64,000 nucleotides of DNA from Alphaproteobacteria bacterium. GTDB lineage: Bacteria > Planctomycetota > Phycisphaerae > UBA1845. A program made the translations under genes and the position numbers. The stretch covers positions 383,856 through 447,855 of the forward strand of contig JANQQE010000011.1 in the NCBI GenBank assembly GCA_028285105.1. The letters are read 5' to 3'. Positions within the stretch are counted from its first letter, which is position 1. Every line of letters begins with the position of its first letter. Positions 1-9,554 of the stretch are shown here, piece after piece. The notes beneath the pieces are model-generated. The model had not been told where the DNA came from, made no database searches, and was given only the letters and a program-made list of their open reading frames with translations.

Positions 1-2797
1 CGTATGGAAGGTTTTCGACTCCGATCACCTGGCCAAGGTCGTCGTCATCTTCGCGCACCGGGAACATTCCATCGGGAGCCAACTCGTCATGCGTCGCCAG
101 CTTGAAACTGACCGGACGCATCACTTCAAGCTTGTCGCCCATCGCTCCGATGATCGCCGCACGAACCAATTCCTTGTTCGATTCGACGGTAACAACTTCG
201 AATGCATGCCCTTCAGAGGCGTGTTCGCCGACGTCTGAAACGGTCTGAATGCGAGCACTTTTGAGGCGATTGACCGCGGATTCTACATAGTTCGCTGCGT
301 CGGCCAATCCTTGTTTGAAGGTTTCCAGGTCAATTGATACATCAACCACCTGGGGTGTCGTATCTTCGCCTTCCGAGCCTTCCGGAGAATCAACCGTCTC
401 CGATGTCGTCTTGGTCGCGAAGATTGCCGTATTGCCCGACGAGCTGAATCCACCCAACTCGAGGTATTCTTCAAACGTGGTACGAAGCAATGCGTTGATC
501 TCTGCCGGTTTCAAACCGGCTGCTGCCACTTTGAAATCACCGGAAATATCGCCCGGCGTGACCATCGCGTTGCGGAGGGATTCGGCCGCACTCTGCAGCC
601 AGTCTGTTGCACCCTTGCCCTCAAATTCGCCCTGTCCGGTGACCGCATGACGTGCTTTTTCGCCGGTCATCTCGATCCCCTCTGCCAGATCGATTTGAAC
701 GCTCGTACCACCGAGGAATTCAATATCGAAAATCGCCTCTTTGTTGGTGGTCCCGACCCTTACAAACAGGCCGATGCCAAGCACGACCGCCACAATCGAA
801 ACCGGCCAGAACATGCGACGCATTCCGATCCAGTCGATATTGGGACGACCGACCAGGTGCAACATCTTGAGCGACTTAACGATGCCCATGTCCATCAGCG
901 TCGTCAGTACCAGGCGCGTCACGAACAGCGACGTAAACATACTGGTGACGATACCGAACCCGAGCGTCATCGCGAAACCTTTGACCTCTTCGCTACCGAC
1001 GTAACCGAGAATCACACAGGTAATCAGCGTGGTGAGGTTGGCGTCGACGATCGTTGAGAACGCTTTTTCATAGCCGGCTCTCACTGCCTTGCGCAGCGGC
1101 ATGTCACGGGCGAGTTCTTCACGAATTCGCTCAAAAATCAGAACGTTGGCATCGACGGCCATACCGACCGTCAGCAGCAGACCGGCGATTCCGGGAAGCG
1201 TGAACGTCGCTTCCATCGTGGCCATGATCGCCAGCACAAAAACGATGTTCATCGCCAAAGCGATATCAGCGAGTACACCGACGAACAGGTAATACACCAA
1301 CATGAAAATGAGTACCGCCACGAGTCCGTACAGGGCGGCTTTCATACCCATCTCACGGTTCTTTTCACCCAGACTTGGGCCAGTCACCTTTTCCTGAAGC
1401 GGCGTATCTTTCAACCGCCCCGGGAGCGAACCAGCTTCGAGTTTTTGCACGATGTCCTGAACGCGCTGTTGCGTGAAACTTCCGGTGATTTGCCCACGCT
1501 CGACGATCATCGATTGAATCGTCGCATGAGAGACTGCCTGCGAGTCAAGGAAGATGGCCAACTGACGTTCCAGATTGTCCTTGGTCATCTTGGCGAATTG
1601 GGCACCACCGCGCGGATCCAACTGGAAATCGACTGCCGGCTGATTCGTTGCGTAGTCGACCGTCGCGAAAGCGCGCTTCAGCGACCACTTCGAACTGTTC
1701 TGCGTCAAACCGTATGAAGCCGATCCGTCATCCGCGTAGGCGAGTACGTAATATTTGCCTGCATATTTTTCAACAACGACAAGCCCATTCTTGATACGCT
1801 CTTCAGCCTCTTCCAAATCTGACGCATTCTGCATGAACGCCACGATGTCCTGCACTTCGTACCACTCATAGTTGTCGCCAGCCCGAGGACGCGGTCCACG
1901 CTTGCGCAACTGCTCAGTGTACTTGGCGATGGGCTCTCGCATGCGTGCGTTTTGCGGATCGGCAAGCATCGAAGGATTGGAAGCATCGCGCGTCGCCAGG
2001 ATTCGGAATTCCAAAACACCGGCTCCGCGAAGCAAACGCTTCAGGTCGGTCGAGTCTTCCAGCGATCCGCGCCCGCCTTCCGACCACTTGTCAAACGCAG
2101 CCAGCGTCGCATCAATATCGCCACCATAGGCTGGATTCTCCTTGCGAAGCTTGCTCAGTTCCGTCTCGCGAACGTTCGATTTGGCGGCAAGGACATCACC
2201 AAGACGCCCCAATCCGAGATTCGTCGAAAGAACATCCTCAACCGCTGCGATGTATGCGTCTTGAGCGGTCAATTCAGCCGCGATGTCGCCACCTCCTCGG
2301 GCACTGCTGTACGCATCCCATGCGGTCGCCACCTTTTCCAGTTTTTCCTTGCGTGCATCGACGCCTTTGACGAGCGAATCGAGTGCGGCTTGTCGATCGT
2401 CGCTGTTCGCAAGGGCCAACTCGATGTCAAGTTTTGAAACGTTGCGCTCCTTGATCTTTTCGCGAGCAGATTCGTACGCCTCACGACGTTCACGAGCGCC
2501 CTTGGGGGGGCGTGGCATTTGGATTTCGAGTCGGTTGTTTCCGATCGGCCGCCACACCAGATTGAATTGCGAGTTTGGATCGACGCGCGACTTGAGGATT
2601 TCCATGGCACGGGCGGCCAACCCGATCTTTTCGCTGGGTTTCATGCCCGCCGTATTGAACTCGTAGATCAGCGACGTGCCGCCAGCCAGGTCGATACCCG
2701 GTTTAAGTCGGTCTTCCGGCGGATAGAGCGCGAATATCGCCAGCGCCGTCACACCCAATACAAATATCCACTTCCACAATCTGTTCTTTTCGTTCAT
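1..2797 (-). CDS. secDF: Protein translocase subunit SecDF (fused SecD-SecF); the C-terminal part of the gene lies beyond the left window edge
   Basis: ATG at 2797..2795 with GGAG about 11 nt upstream. The N-terminal translation MNEKNRLWKWIFVLGVTALAIFALYPPEDRLKPGIDLAGG is SecD-like. An internal segment (revcomp of about 841-1080) reads AGYEKAFSTIVDANLTTLITCVILGYVGSEEVKGFAMTLGFGIVTSMFTSLFVTRLVL, matching the conserved SecD C-terminal TM region. It is followed without a stop by SecF-like ...NIDWIGMRRMF.... No stop-delimited ORF is listed in this frame, so the frame is open to position 1. Confidence 0.85.
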   Translation of the reverse strand, partial: MNEKNRLWKWIFVLGVTALAIFALYPPEDRLKPGIDLAGGTSLIYEFNTAGMKPSEKIGLAARAMEILKSRVDPNSQFNLVWRPIGNNRLEIQMPRPPKGARERREAYESAREKIKERNVSKLDIELALANSDDRQAALDSLVKGVDARKEKLEKVATAWDAYSSARGGGDIAAELTAQDAYIAAVEDVLSTNLGLGRLGDVLAAKSNVRETELSKLRKENPAYGGDIDATLAAFDKWSEGGRGSLEDSTDLKRLLRGAGVLEFRILATRDASNPSMLADPQNARMREPIAKYTEQLRKRGPRPRAGDNYEWYEVQDIVAFMQNASDLEEAEERIKNGLVVVEKYAGKYYVLAYADDGSASYGLTQNSSKWSLKRAFATVDYATNQPAVDFQLDPRGGAQFAKMTKDNLERQLAIFLDSQAVSHATIQSMIVERGQITGSFTQQRVQDIVQKLEAGSLPGRLKDTPLQEKVTGPSLGEKNREMGMKAALYGLVAVLIFMLVYYLFVGVLADIALAMNIVFVLAIMATMEATFTLPGIAGLLLTVGMAVDANVLIFERIREELARDMPLRKAVRAGYEKAFSTIVDANLTTLITCVILGYVGSEEVKGFAMTLGFGIVTSMFTSLFVTRLVLTTLMDMGIVKSLKMLHLVGRPNIDWIGMRRMFWPVSIVAVVLGIGLFVRVGTTNKEAIFDIEFLGGTSVQIDLAEGIEMTGEKARHAVTGQGEFEGKGATDWLQSAAESLRNAMVTPGDISGDFKVAAAGLKPAEINALLRTTFEEYLELGGFSSSGNTAIFATKTTSETVDSPEGSEGEDTTPQVVDVSIDLETFKQGLADAANYVESAVNRLKSARIQTVSDVGEHASEGHAFEVVTVESNKELVRAAIIGAMGDKLEVMRPVSFKLATHDELAPDGMFPVREDDDDLGQVIGVENLPY

Positions 2798-2972
2798 CTG
2801 ATTTTTAACTCCGCGCGCCTGCGCCAATGACTTGTATTCTCTGTCCGAAGCTTCGGACGGTGATTGCATTTGTTACGGTTGCTCGATGAAATGGCGAATC
2901 TGCCGCCCAGCCGCCATGGCTGAGTGCATGCAAACGACGTGTACGTATGCCGCATTTGCGATTCGATTCGTA

Positions 2973-3527
2973 CTAGCAGTTTTGAAACTGAGGTGGGCCA
3001 TTCGCTGGCGGTACGGCATTGGCGACCATGCGATGAAACACTGCGTGGACGGATGCATCCATCCCGTTCGCCGAGTATTCGGTAAGATGTGACTCCCATG
3101 AACGTGCGGGTACGCCAACTATTTTGCCGGTGAAATGCCTGGGAGTCGAATCAGAGGGTTTGACAACCCGATCCAGCAGAAACACAAGCTGCGAACCAGA
3201 GTCGCTCTGACCGTCGCCTTCTGCCGGATTTTCACAGTCGCCTAGGTCATCGACACCAGTTCTGTAAATCTCAGTTTGGCTTATGGCGTCGGCTGGTTTG
3301 GACGTCTCGATCGCGGCGGTTGGGCCATTAGCCTGATCAGGCCGATCTGCCATATCCGAATTGGGCAAATCCGAATTAGACAGTGATTCAAGTTTTCGGC
3401 ACGGGTTTTCCGAAGGATCGGATTTGATCAGTGGTACTGTAACGATACCGCCCTGCACGATGATGATCGCGCAAACATTGAAGTAGACAGCAACGGCTCG
3501 TCCCAGTTCCAGAATCGCACCAAACAT
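2973..3527 (-). CDS. Hypothetical protein with an N-terminal hydrophobic segment (signal or anchor); D/S/P-rich
   Basis: 184-aa ORF upstream of and co-directional with secDF. It has an N-terminal TM-like stretch AVAVYFNVCAIIIVQGGIVTV. I recognised no family. It does not look like YajC. Confidence 0.4.
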   Translation of the reverse strand: MFGAILELGRAVAVYFNVCAIIIVQGGIVTVPLIKSDPSENPCRKLESLSNSDLPNSDMADRPDQANGPTAAIETSKPADAISQTEIYRTGVDDLGDCENPAEGDGQSDSGSQLVFLLDRVVKPSDSTPRHFTGKIVGVPARSWESHLTEYSANGMDASVHAVFHRMVANAVPPANGPPQFQNC

Positions 3528-3974
3528 TGCCCCGAATTATAAGGAAACGATGCCCCCTCACAACCTAAGAAGTCCGCAAATTCAAGACCTTGCGCGGGTT
3601 AAACTAGGAATGATATAGGGAATGCCCTAGGGATTGACTCGCCAATGCTTTAACTCAAGAGCCACCCTTCAGCCCGCGAAATCATCATCATCAAAAGGGG
3701 CAAAATGGGGCGAACTTTGGGTCAATTCGGTCGTAAGAACAGAATGGAGAGACTGCGGTAAACTCATCTTTTGCAATGAGTTGTAAAGGTCATTCACATT
3801 TGGAAAAGAATCGACAAACAGTGCGATAATATTCTGGCAGATTAAATTGGGGGCAGCTATAATTCGGCAATTCAATCTGTGATGATGCTCGTCCTCTTGA
3901 GCGAGAGCTTCCTGTCGTGTACGGAGGCCCGTTTTTTTTCGGACGTTGCTTAAAGCGAAAGGCGAGGGACAACT

Positions 3975-4562
3975 GTGAGCGAAGGAATGTCCGTAGAACA
4001 GGGCCAAACCAAGCAAAGGATCGATGATCTACAGTTCTACTTGTATCAGCGATCCCTTCATCCGGAACTGTTCCGGATCAATCAGGTGAAGCGAATCGAA
4101 CAGCGTCGCTATACCGCCGAGATCTGGGTGGTCGGGTTGTCGCATGTTGTTTCATTGCAGTACGGCAAGCAGAGTCTGACAGAACTGATCACCGACGATA
4201 GCGAGATTCTTCCGCGCGCCGGTATGGCGACATCATTCCCGTTCCGTGGCGAACGCGATCACACGCAATCATTTGGCGACGACCTCCGTTATATTCTGTC
4301 GTGCCAGGTCGAGCGAATGACGCCAAATCTGTTCCCATCGTCCCACCGCGATCTGATGAAATACGCTCAGAAACGCGGCATCTTCATGATGTTTGAAGAA
4401 TGGCAGAACGATGGTATCGCCCCGTTCACCTTCGTCGATTACGAAGCCCGGGAGCAGGAACTGCACGTACACGCATTCCACGCCTTCCCGGATTCGACGA
4501 CGCTGCTGAAGACTCAGTCAATTTTCGAGATCGGGCCGGCTCGCGAGCCGAACTTTTTCTAG
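3975..4562 (+). CDS. Conserved hypothetical protein
   Basis: 195-aa ORF with ordinary coding composition. It is followed by a convincing intrinsic terminator. I recognised no family. Confidence 0.55.
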   Translation: MSEGMSVEQGQTKQRIDDLQFYLYQRSLHPELFRINQVKRIEQRRYTAEIWVVGLSHVVSLQYGKQSLTELITDDSEILPRAGMATSFPFRGERDHTQSFGDDLRYILSCQVERMTPNLFPSSHRDLMKYAQKRGIFMMFEEWQNDGIAPFTFVDYEAREQELHVHAFHAFPDSTTLLKTQSIFEIGPAREPNFF

Positions 4563-4591
4563 GCGGCTGCTGAACCTAAAGAAACTCACAA

Positions 4592-4627
4592 GGACGCGCG
4601 GTCGATTGATCGTGCGTCCTTTTTTTG
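4592..4627 (+). terminator. Rho-independent terminator: GC-rich hairpin plus T-run
   Basis: ggacgcgcg...cgtgcgtcc is a 9-bp stem with one mismatch, followed by ttttttt. It sits between convergent genes (3975..4562 on + and ogt on -). Confidence 0.5.
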
Positions 4628-4647
4628 TAGGCGATGATTAAAGGCGT

Positions 4648-5160
4648 CTATGCCAATACGTCCGCGCCTTCCAACTCAAGCATCGCCCGCTTCAACTCGG
4701 TTCCGCTGCTCGATGAAAACCCACCGATGCGATTGCCAGCCGCCACCACGCGATGACACGGAATAATCAATGGATGACGATTGCGGGCCATCACTGAACC
4801 TACCGCACGTGCCGCCCCAGGATTCCCCGCCCGCTTGGCCAATTCGCCATAACTGATCGTCGATCCATACGGAACGTTGCGGCATGCAAGTAGTATTCGT
4901 TCCTGAAACTCGGTCAAATCTTCCAACACCAAGCGCGACTTGAAGCGGACATCGGGCGTGCCTTCGAAATATTGCTGAATAGATTCTTGAAGTGACGGCA
5001 GAATCGAATTGTCTTCGACTGCCGCATATTCCGACTTTAATCGCGCAATGTGTCCGTCGATGTCGGACTCATCGGTGAGTTTCGTTTCAAGAAGCCGCGC
5101 GCCCTTGGCTGCCAGAAGAAACGGCCCCCACGATGTAGGTGTAACGCAGTAGCGAACCAT
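4648..5160 (-). CDS. ogt: Methylated-DNA--protein-cysteine methyltransferase
   Basis: C-terminal active-site motif IPCHRVV and the helix-turn-helix region YGELAKRAGNPGAARAVGSVMARN. Length 170 aa. Confidence 0.85.
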   Translation of the reverse strand: MVRYCVTPTSWGPFLLAAKGARLLETKLTDESDIDGHIARLKSEYAAVEDNSILPSLQESIQQYFEGTPDVRFKSRLVLEDLTEFQERILLACRNVPYGSTISYGELAKRAGNPGAARAVGSVMARNRHPLIIPCHRVVAAGNRIGGFSSSSGTELKRAMLELEGADVLA

Positions 5161-5171
5161 GGTGGCTCATT

Positions 5172-5966
5172 TTACTGATTCACCACGCGATATGCGACCT
5201 GACGTTTTTTACGGCGCCCGAGTTCCCTGTGATATTCCGAGACCACGCCAGCCAATGTCGCGAGAAGTTCACGTCCGTGCTCCGAGCATTCCAGTCCGAT
5301 GAATTGAATTCCCATCGAAGCAAGCCCATCCGACGTCAGTTGGAAGTGTCGAAACACACCTTCAATTACGATCGTTTCGCCCCGCGATCGCGGTCGGAAT
5401 GAAAATCCGATGACATCGCCCTCGGCAAAAGTATCCGGAGCCACATCCATCGAAAGGATTCGCATTCCGCCGGCAGAGAGGTCCACGAGCGTACCTGTCA
5501 TGATGCCATTGCCTTGATGTTCAGCTTCGCGGCGGTTGCAGACACCGCCCTCCCAGAACCGCACGGAAACGTGCCTTCCGATCGGGACTGCACGTTGGAA
5601 CGCCCTGCGTTGAAGTTCGTGGAGTGCGGTCGGCCATTCCAGTTCAACGACATTGATCAACTCGCCGTCGGATTCGACGGAAGTGGTACCCATCACCGTT
5701 GTGGAGAAAAGGCACTTTCGATGACCGCGTCGAAACGTGACGCCCACCAACTCGCCCGACAAATAGTCCAATGCCTGATCGCATCCCGCATCGACGGCCT
5801 CGACAAACATTCGGTCGGGACTCTCTTCGCTGAAGATGAATTTCGTTTTAGCCGATTCCCACGTTCCATTGGATCGATTCGTCAGCACGCAAAAAACATT
5901 GTTTTCACTAGCGTGCATTAGTACATCGTTTTTTTTCTGTTCATCAACTGGAAGCAGTGGCTTCAT
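5172..5966 (-). CDS. YcgR-like c-di-GMP binding protein (PilZN-like N-domain plus PilZ domain)
   Basis: PilZ signature RxxxR (QRRAFQR) followed by D/NxSxxG (DLSAGG). About 260 aa, typical of flagellar brake / YcgR-type effectors. Confidence 0.7.
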   Translation of the reverse strand: MKPLLPVDEQKKNDVLMHASENNVFCVLTNRSNGTWESAKTKFIFSEESPDRMFVEAVDAGCDQALDYLSGELVGVTFRRGHRKCLFSTTVMGTTSVESDGELINVVELEWPTALHELQRRAFQRAVPIGRHVSVRFWEGGVCNRREAEHQGNGIMTGTLVDLSAGGMRILSMDVAPDTFAEGDVIGFSFRPRSRGETIVIEGVFRHFQLTSDGLASMGIQFIGLECSEHGRELLATLAGVVSEYHRELGRRKKRQVAYRVVNQ

Positions 5967-6016
5967 GGTTCGATCCGTTTCTTGCTGGCGATTCTGTTAT
6001 TTTCTTGAGAAATGGC

Positions 6017-6706
6017 CTATGCGTTGAGCAATTGATTCAATGGGTTCGACGTGTCGGGATTACGGTCCAATTGAATCCCGACGATGATCGCGTTCGTGCT
6101 GCCAGCCGCCGTCTTGCTTTTGATCCGTCCGCAGCATTCGACGAGTGAATGTTCAGGTCCCAGTTCGAACTTCACGCCTACCATTTCGTTAATATCGACG
6201 CGATCTGCGACCTCACGTGTTAACCGACACGCGAGTCCGTCCTGGCTGACATTCAACATCGCCCCTTCACCTCGGACGTGGCGTGATCCGCCCATTTCGG
6301 TCAGGACGACGACAGCACTTTCCGCAACGCTTGCCCGTAAGAATCGACGACGCTGCCACGTATGCAACTGTTCGGGCCGGCCAACGACGATCTGAGAATC
6401 GCGGCACTCGATCGCGGTCGATGCGAAAAAATACTCTTGCCCATCCAGCCCGAACCTGACTTCAAGGCAAGTACTCGGAAGCATGTTGACGATTGCGTCT
6501 TTCTGTTGCGTGGCGAGATGCATTGTCTGAGCATCGGTGCTTTCTATCTCGACAGTAACCTCGCACGGTTGCTCGCATTGCGTAAATACCAGCGTGCCCT
6601 GCGACCGCGAACGATGCGCTCGCTCGAGCAACCTGGACGACGTTTGTGCGTCGAGTTCGATCGCGACCGCGTGGATGCTGGGACATGTCAGCCCTGCACT
6701 CGTCAT
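6017..6706 (-). CDS. YcgR-like PilZ domain protein (paralog 2)
   Basis: PilZ motifs QRRRFLR ... NVSQDG. The start is placed at ATG 6706..6704 (MTSAGL...). This ATG forms an ATGA overlap with the stop of the upstream PilZ gene. The ORF-track start at 6883 would overlap the upstream gene by 180 nt. Confidence 0.65.
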   Translation of the reverse strand: MTSAGLTCPSIHAVAIELDAQTSSRLLERAHRSRSQGTLVFTQCEQPCEVTVEIESTDAQTMHLATQQKDAIVNMLPSTCLEVRFGLDGQEYFFASTAIECRDSQIVVGRPEQLHTWQRRRFLRASVAESAVVVLTEMGGSRHVRGEGAMLNVSQDGLACRLTREVADRVDINEMVGVKFELGPEHSLVECCGRIKSKTAAGSTNAIIVGIQLDRNPDTSNPLNQLLNA

Positions 6707-7464
6707 CTCTTTCTCCTGAGCTTTTTTCGCTGAACGTCGGCGACGAATCGCGCGAGTTCGGCCTTCTGCTCTGCAAAATCGACCGTGGGCAAAGGAATCA
6801 AGCGCAAACCCCACAATTGCTTGTGTTCCGTCCCAATCGATTTCTTGTGACACAACTTGGCGGCTGCCACCTTTCGACCGCATTCATCGTCTAGCTCATA
6901 CTCGACAAAGAACGTCATCCCATTCTTTGCATCAAGCAGTTCTTTTGCGTGCAGGACGATTGCCATTCCTCTTGCACTGATGTCGCGTATCACGCAGGGA
7001 TGCGATGTCGTCGCAAGGTCGCAAGCGTTTTCAAATCGCGCACTCGCTCGCATGATTCGGCAGTACTGACCAAGCGACGCAACACCGACTCGGTAGTCGC
7101 GGCGCCGTTGCTGAATCTTAAGCTCTGCCGGAATCGCCAACGCCATCCCGACGACGCGTTTCTTATCGTTGAGCCGAACGAGTCGCCGCATTTTTTCGAC
7201 CCGTGACTCAAACGACCATTGATCGTTGCCCTGCGTAAAGTAAACCGTGATTCCCTCGCCGCTGTGTAAAGAAACATCCTCATCGATGTTGTGCGGCTGA
7301 TCGATACAAACGGCGTCTTTCTCAAGGGTCAGGAATCGAAACCGTGCTGTCTTGATCGGATTGGAATGGAGCGCGTAGTGGATATCGCCCGAAACGTTGC
7401 GCGCACAGAGTCCTTGCAGGACTTCGGTCACTTCGGACGTTTCGACAACGGAGCTTTCGGACAC
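6703..7464 (-). CDS. YcgR-like PilZ domain protein (paralog 3)
   Basis: PilZ motifs QQRRRDYR ... IRDISARG. 253 aa. Its stop overlaps the start of the downstream paralog (ATGA). Confidence 0.65.
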   Translation of the reverse strand: MSESSVVETSEVTEVLQGLCARNVSGDIHYALHSNPIKTARFRFLTLEKDAVCIDQPHNIDEDVSLHSGEGITVYFTQGNDQWSFESRVEKMRRLVRLNDKKRVVGMALAIPAELKIQQRRRDYRVGVASLGQYCRIMRASARFENACDLATTSHPCVIRDISARGMAIVLHAKELLDAKNGMTFFVEYELDDECGRKVAAAKLCHKKSIGTEHKQLWGLRLIPLPTVDFAEQKAELARFVADVQRKKLRRKR

Positions 7465-7707
7465 AATTCACGGTTCCATATCTCGTCGATCTAACCCTCC
7501 AGCCAGACACTCGATGCCCTTTACGTCGGAAGCAGAGCCGGTACTCTTGACATGGTCGATGCGCCCAGCTCACAGGAAACGCTTTGGGTAACCGGGCGCG
7601 ATCGAACCAGTACCGGTAACCATTGCGACATCAGGCGAAGTACGGGCGCACGTCCGAAAATCCAGCAGTGATCGGTTGTTATCGGAACCGGTTGAAGGCG
7701 TCGCGAC

Positions 7708-8982
7708 ATGCATGAAGATTGGAATTCAAACACACCCGCGAGCGGATTGTCGGCTGATGTCGCTGTTGTTGGTGGCGGAGCAGCCGGTTTGGCGACGGCG
7801 ATCTTTTGCGCGCAGCAGAACCCGTCGCTTTCGGTCCTGATCCTGGACGGTGCGGTTAAGCTGGGTGCGAAGATTCTCGTTTCCGGTGGCGGTCGATGCA
7901 ACGTTACCAACCGCAACGTCGGCCATTCCGATTTCTGGGGCGGCAAACCGAACGTCGTACGGCGCGTCCTCAACGCCCTGTCCGTAGATCGAACCGTGAA
8001 ATTTTTCGAGTCCATCGGTGTCAAACTTCAGGAAGAAGGCAGCATGGGGAAACTCTTTCCGGTTTCCAACGAGGCTCAGACGGTTCTCGACGCCCTGCTT
8101 GCGGAATCCGAACGACTCAACGTTCGCATCATGTGCGGTTGTCGTGTGACCGACATTCATCGCGACAAGGGTTGCTTCAGAATTCAAACATCCGGCGCAA
8201 CAGTCTCCGCCAATCGCGTCGTTCTGGCGACCGGTGGCAAATCGCTACCCAAGACCGGCAGCGATGGGTTTGGATATGAATTGGCTGAAAAACTTGGGGC
8301 GACGTTGATCCCGCGGACGCCCGGGCTCGATCCATTGATACTCGGTGGCGATTTTCATTCCCAACTTTCCGGTATCTCACACCCGGCGACAATATCGGTC
8401 GTCAAGCCGGGCGAAAACACAGTGCGTGTCTCGGGCGAGTTGCTATGGACTCACTTCGGTATCAGTGGACCTGTTTCATTGGATGCTTCTCGACACTGGC
8501 ATCGTGCCATCGCCGAAGCAAAACGCGCCGAAGTCCGAATCAGCTTCTTGCCAGGGTTCGATTCGGCAAGGCTTGGCGAGTGGTTTTTGGCATTTACAAA
8601 CGATCAACCGAAAGCCCAACTGGTCACAGCTTTGGGGCGACAATTGCCCAACCGCATCGCCCATTTGATTCTCAAAACATTGAACGTCGATGCGACCATT
8701 CAGATGTCACAGCTATCGAAACAGAACCGCAAGAAGGTTGTAGCCGCCCTACTGGATTGGCCGCTCGATGTCGTCGACGGACGTGGATACAAGTTCGCCG
8801 AAGTGACGGCAGGTGGCGTTTCCCTCTCAGACGTAAATCCCACAACGCTCGAATCGCGGAGTTGTCCGCGTGTGTATTACGTCGGAGAGATTCTCGATGT
8901 TGACGGACGAATCGGCGGGTTTAATTTTCAATGGGCGTGGTCGAGCGCCTGGGTCGCGGGGACCGCCATCGCCAAGAGTTGA
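7708..8982 (+). CDS. NAD(P)/FAD-dependent oxidoreductase, HI0933/BaiN-like flavoprotein family
   Basis: N-terminal Rossmann motif DVAVVGGGAAGLATAI. Family-typical VSGGGRCNVTN and C-terminal GEILDVDGRIGGFNFQWAWSSAWVAG. 424 aa. Confidence 0.85.
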   Translation: MHEDWNSNTPASGLSADVAVVGGGAAGLATAIFCAQQNPSLSVLILDGAVKLGAKILVSGGGRCNVTNRNVGHSDFWGGKPNVVRRVLNALSVDRTVKFFESIGVKLQEEGSMGKLFPVSNEAQTVLDALLAESERLNVRIMCGCRVTDIHRDKGCFRIQTSGATVSANRVVLATGGKSLPKTGSDGFGYELAEKLGATLIPRTPGLDPLILGGDFHSQLSGISHPATISVVKPGENTVRVSGELLWTHFGISGPVSLDASRHWHRAIAEAKRAEVRISFLPGFDSARLGEWFLAFTNDQPKAQLVTALGRQLPNRIAHLILKTLNVDATIQMSQLSKQNRKKVVAALLDWPLDVVDGRGYKFAEVTAGGVSLSDVNPTTLESRSCPRVYYVGEILDVDGRIGGFNFQWAWSSAWVAGTAIAKS

Positions 8983-8988
8983 GGTGCG

Positions 8989-9360
8989 TCAGGATGTACT
9001 ACGCATCGCGAGAAACTTCTTATTTGCCCCGGGGGCGAGTTGGGCCAGTATTTCTTCATACTCGGCGGACGACTGTGTCGTTGTTCGAATGACTGCAATG
9101 TAATCCATCGGCGGTAACTCATGCTGAATGCGTCGAAAGGCTTCGCGCAATCGCCGCCTCGCCTGAACACGTTGCGTCGCTCTGCCTGCCCGCTTGCCAA
9201 TACGAACGCCCAACCGCGCAAACCCCAGTCCGTTGGCATCGATGTAAAGACCGAGCGCCGAGACATGCACCGAACACCGACGCTTGAAAATCCGGTCGAA
9301 GTCAGCCGACGAACGAATTCGCTGCGCCCGTCGAAATCTATAATGTCGTCGACATTTTTC
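8989..9360 (-). CDS. rnpA: Ribonuclease P protein component
   Basis: RIRSSADFDRIFKRRCSVHVSALGLYI...RLGVRIGKRAGRATQRVQARRRLREAFRRIQHELPPMDYIAVIR aligns well with RnpA (E. coli RLLTPSQFTFVF...KRLTRESFRL). The start is uncertain: the ORF is open upstream to a TTG at 9615. I chose the internal ATG (MEKCRRH...), which gives about 124 aa. Confidence 0.7.
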   Translation of the reverse strand, partial: EKCRRHYRFRRAQRIRSSADFDRIFKRRCSVHVSALGLYIDANGLGFARLGVRIGKRAGRATQRVQARRRLREAFRRIQHELPPMDYIAVIRTTTQSSAEYEEILAQLAPGANKKFLAMRSTS

Positions 9361-9554
9361 CATTGCTGCCAAGCCCATTCGTACCGCGCCAACCCATTTC
9401 ATTGGCGTTTTCGTCCGTCTTGCCACACGGAGACGGCTCATGATGGTTCGGATACGAGCATAAACATATACTGTAGCAAGGCCAATGATTGAACCGATTG
9501 ACTTAGTAGACCTCGAACTGTTGGCAACTTGTCTAGGCAGGAGAATTCGACGCG

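Noticed and set aside
2973-3527. yajC upstream of secDF
   Set aside because: The 184-aa product does not resemble the ~110-aa single-TM YajC. It is kept as hypothetical.
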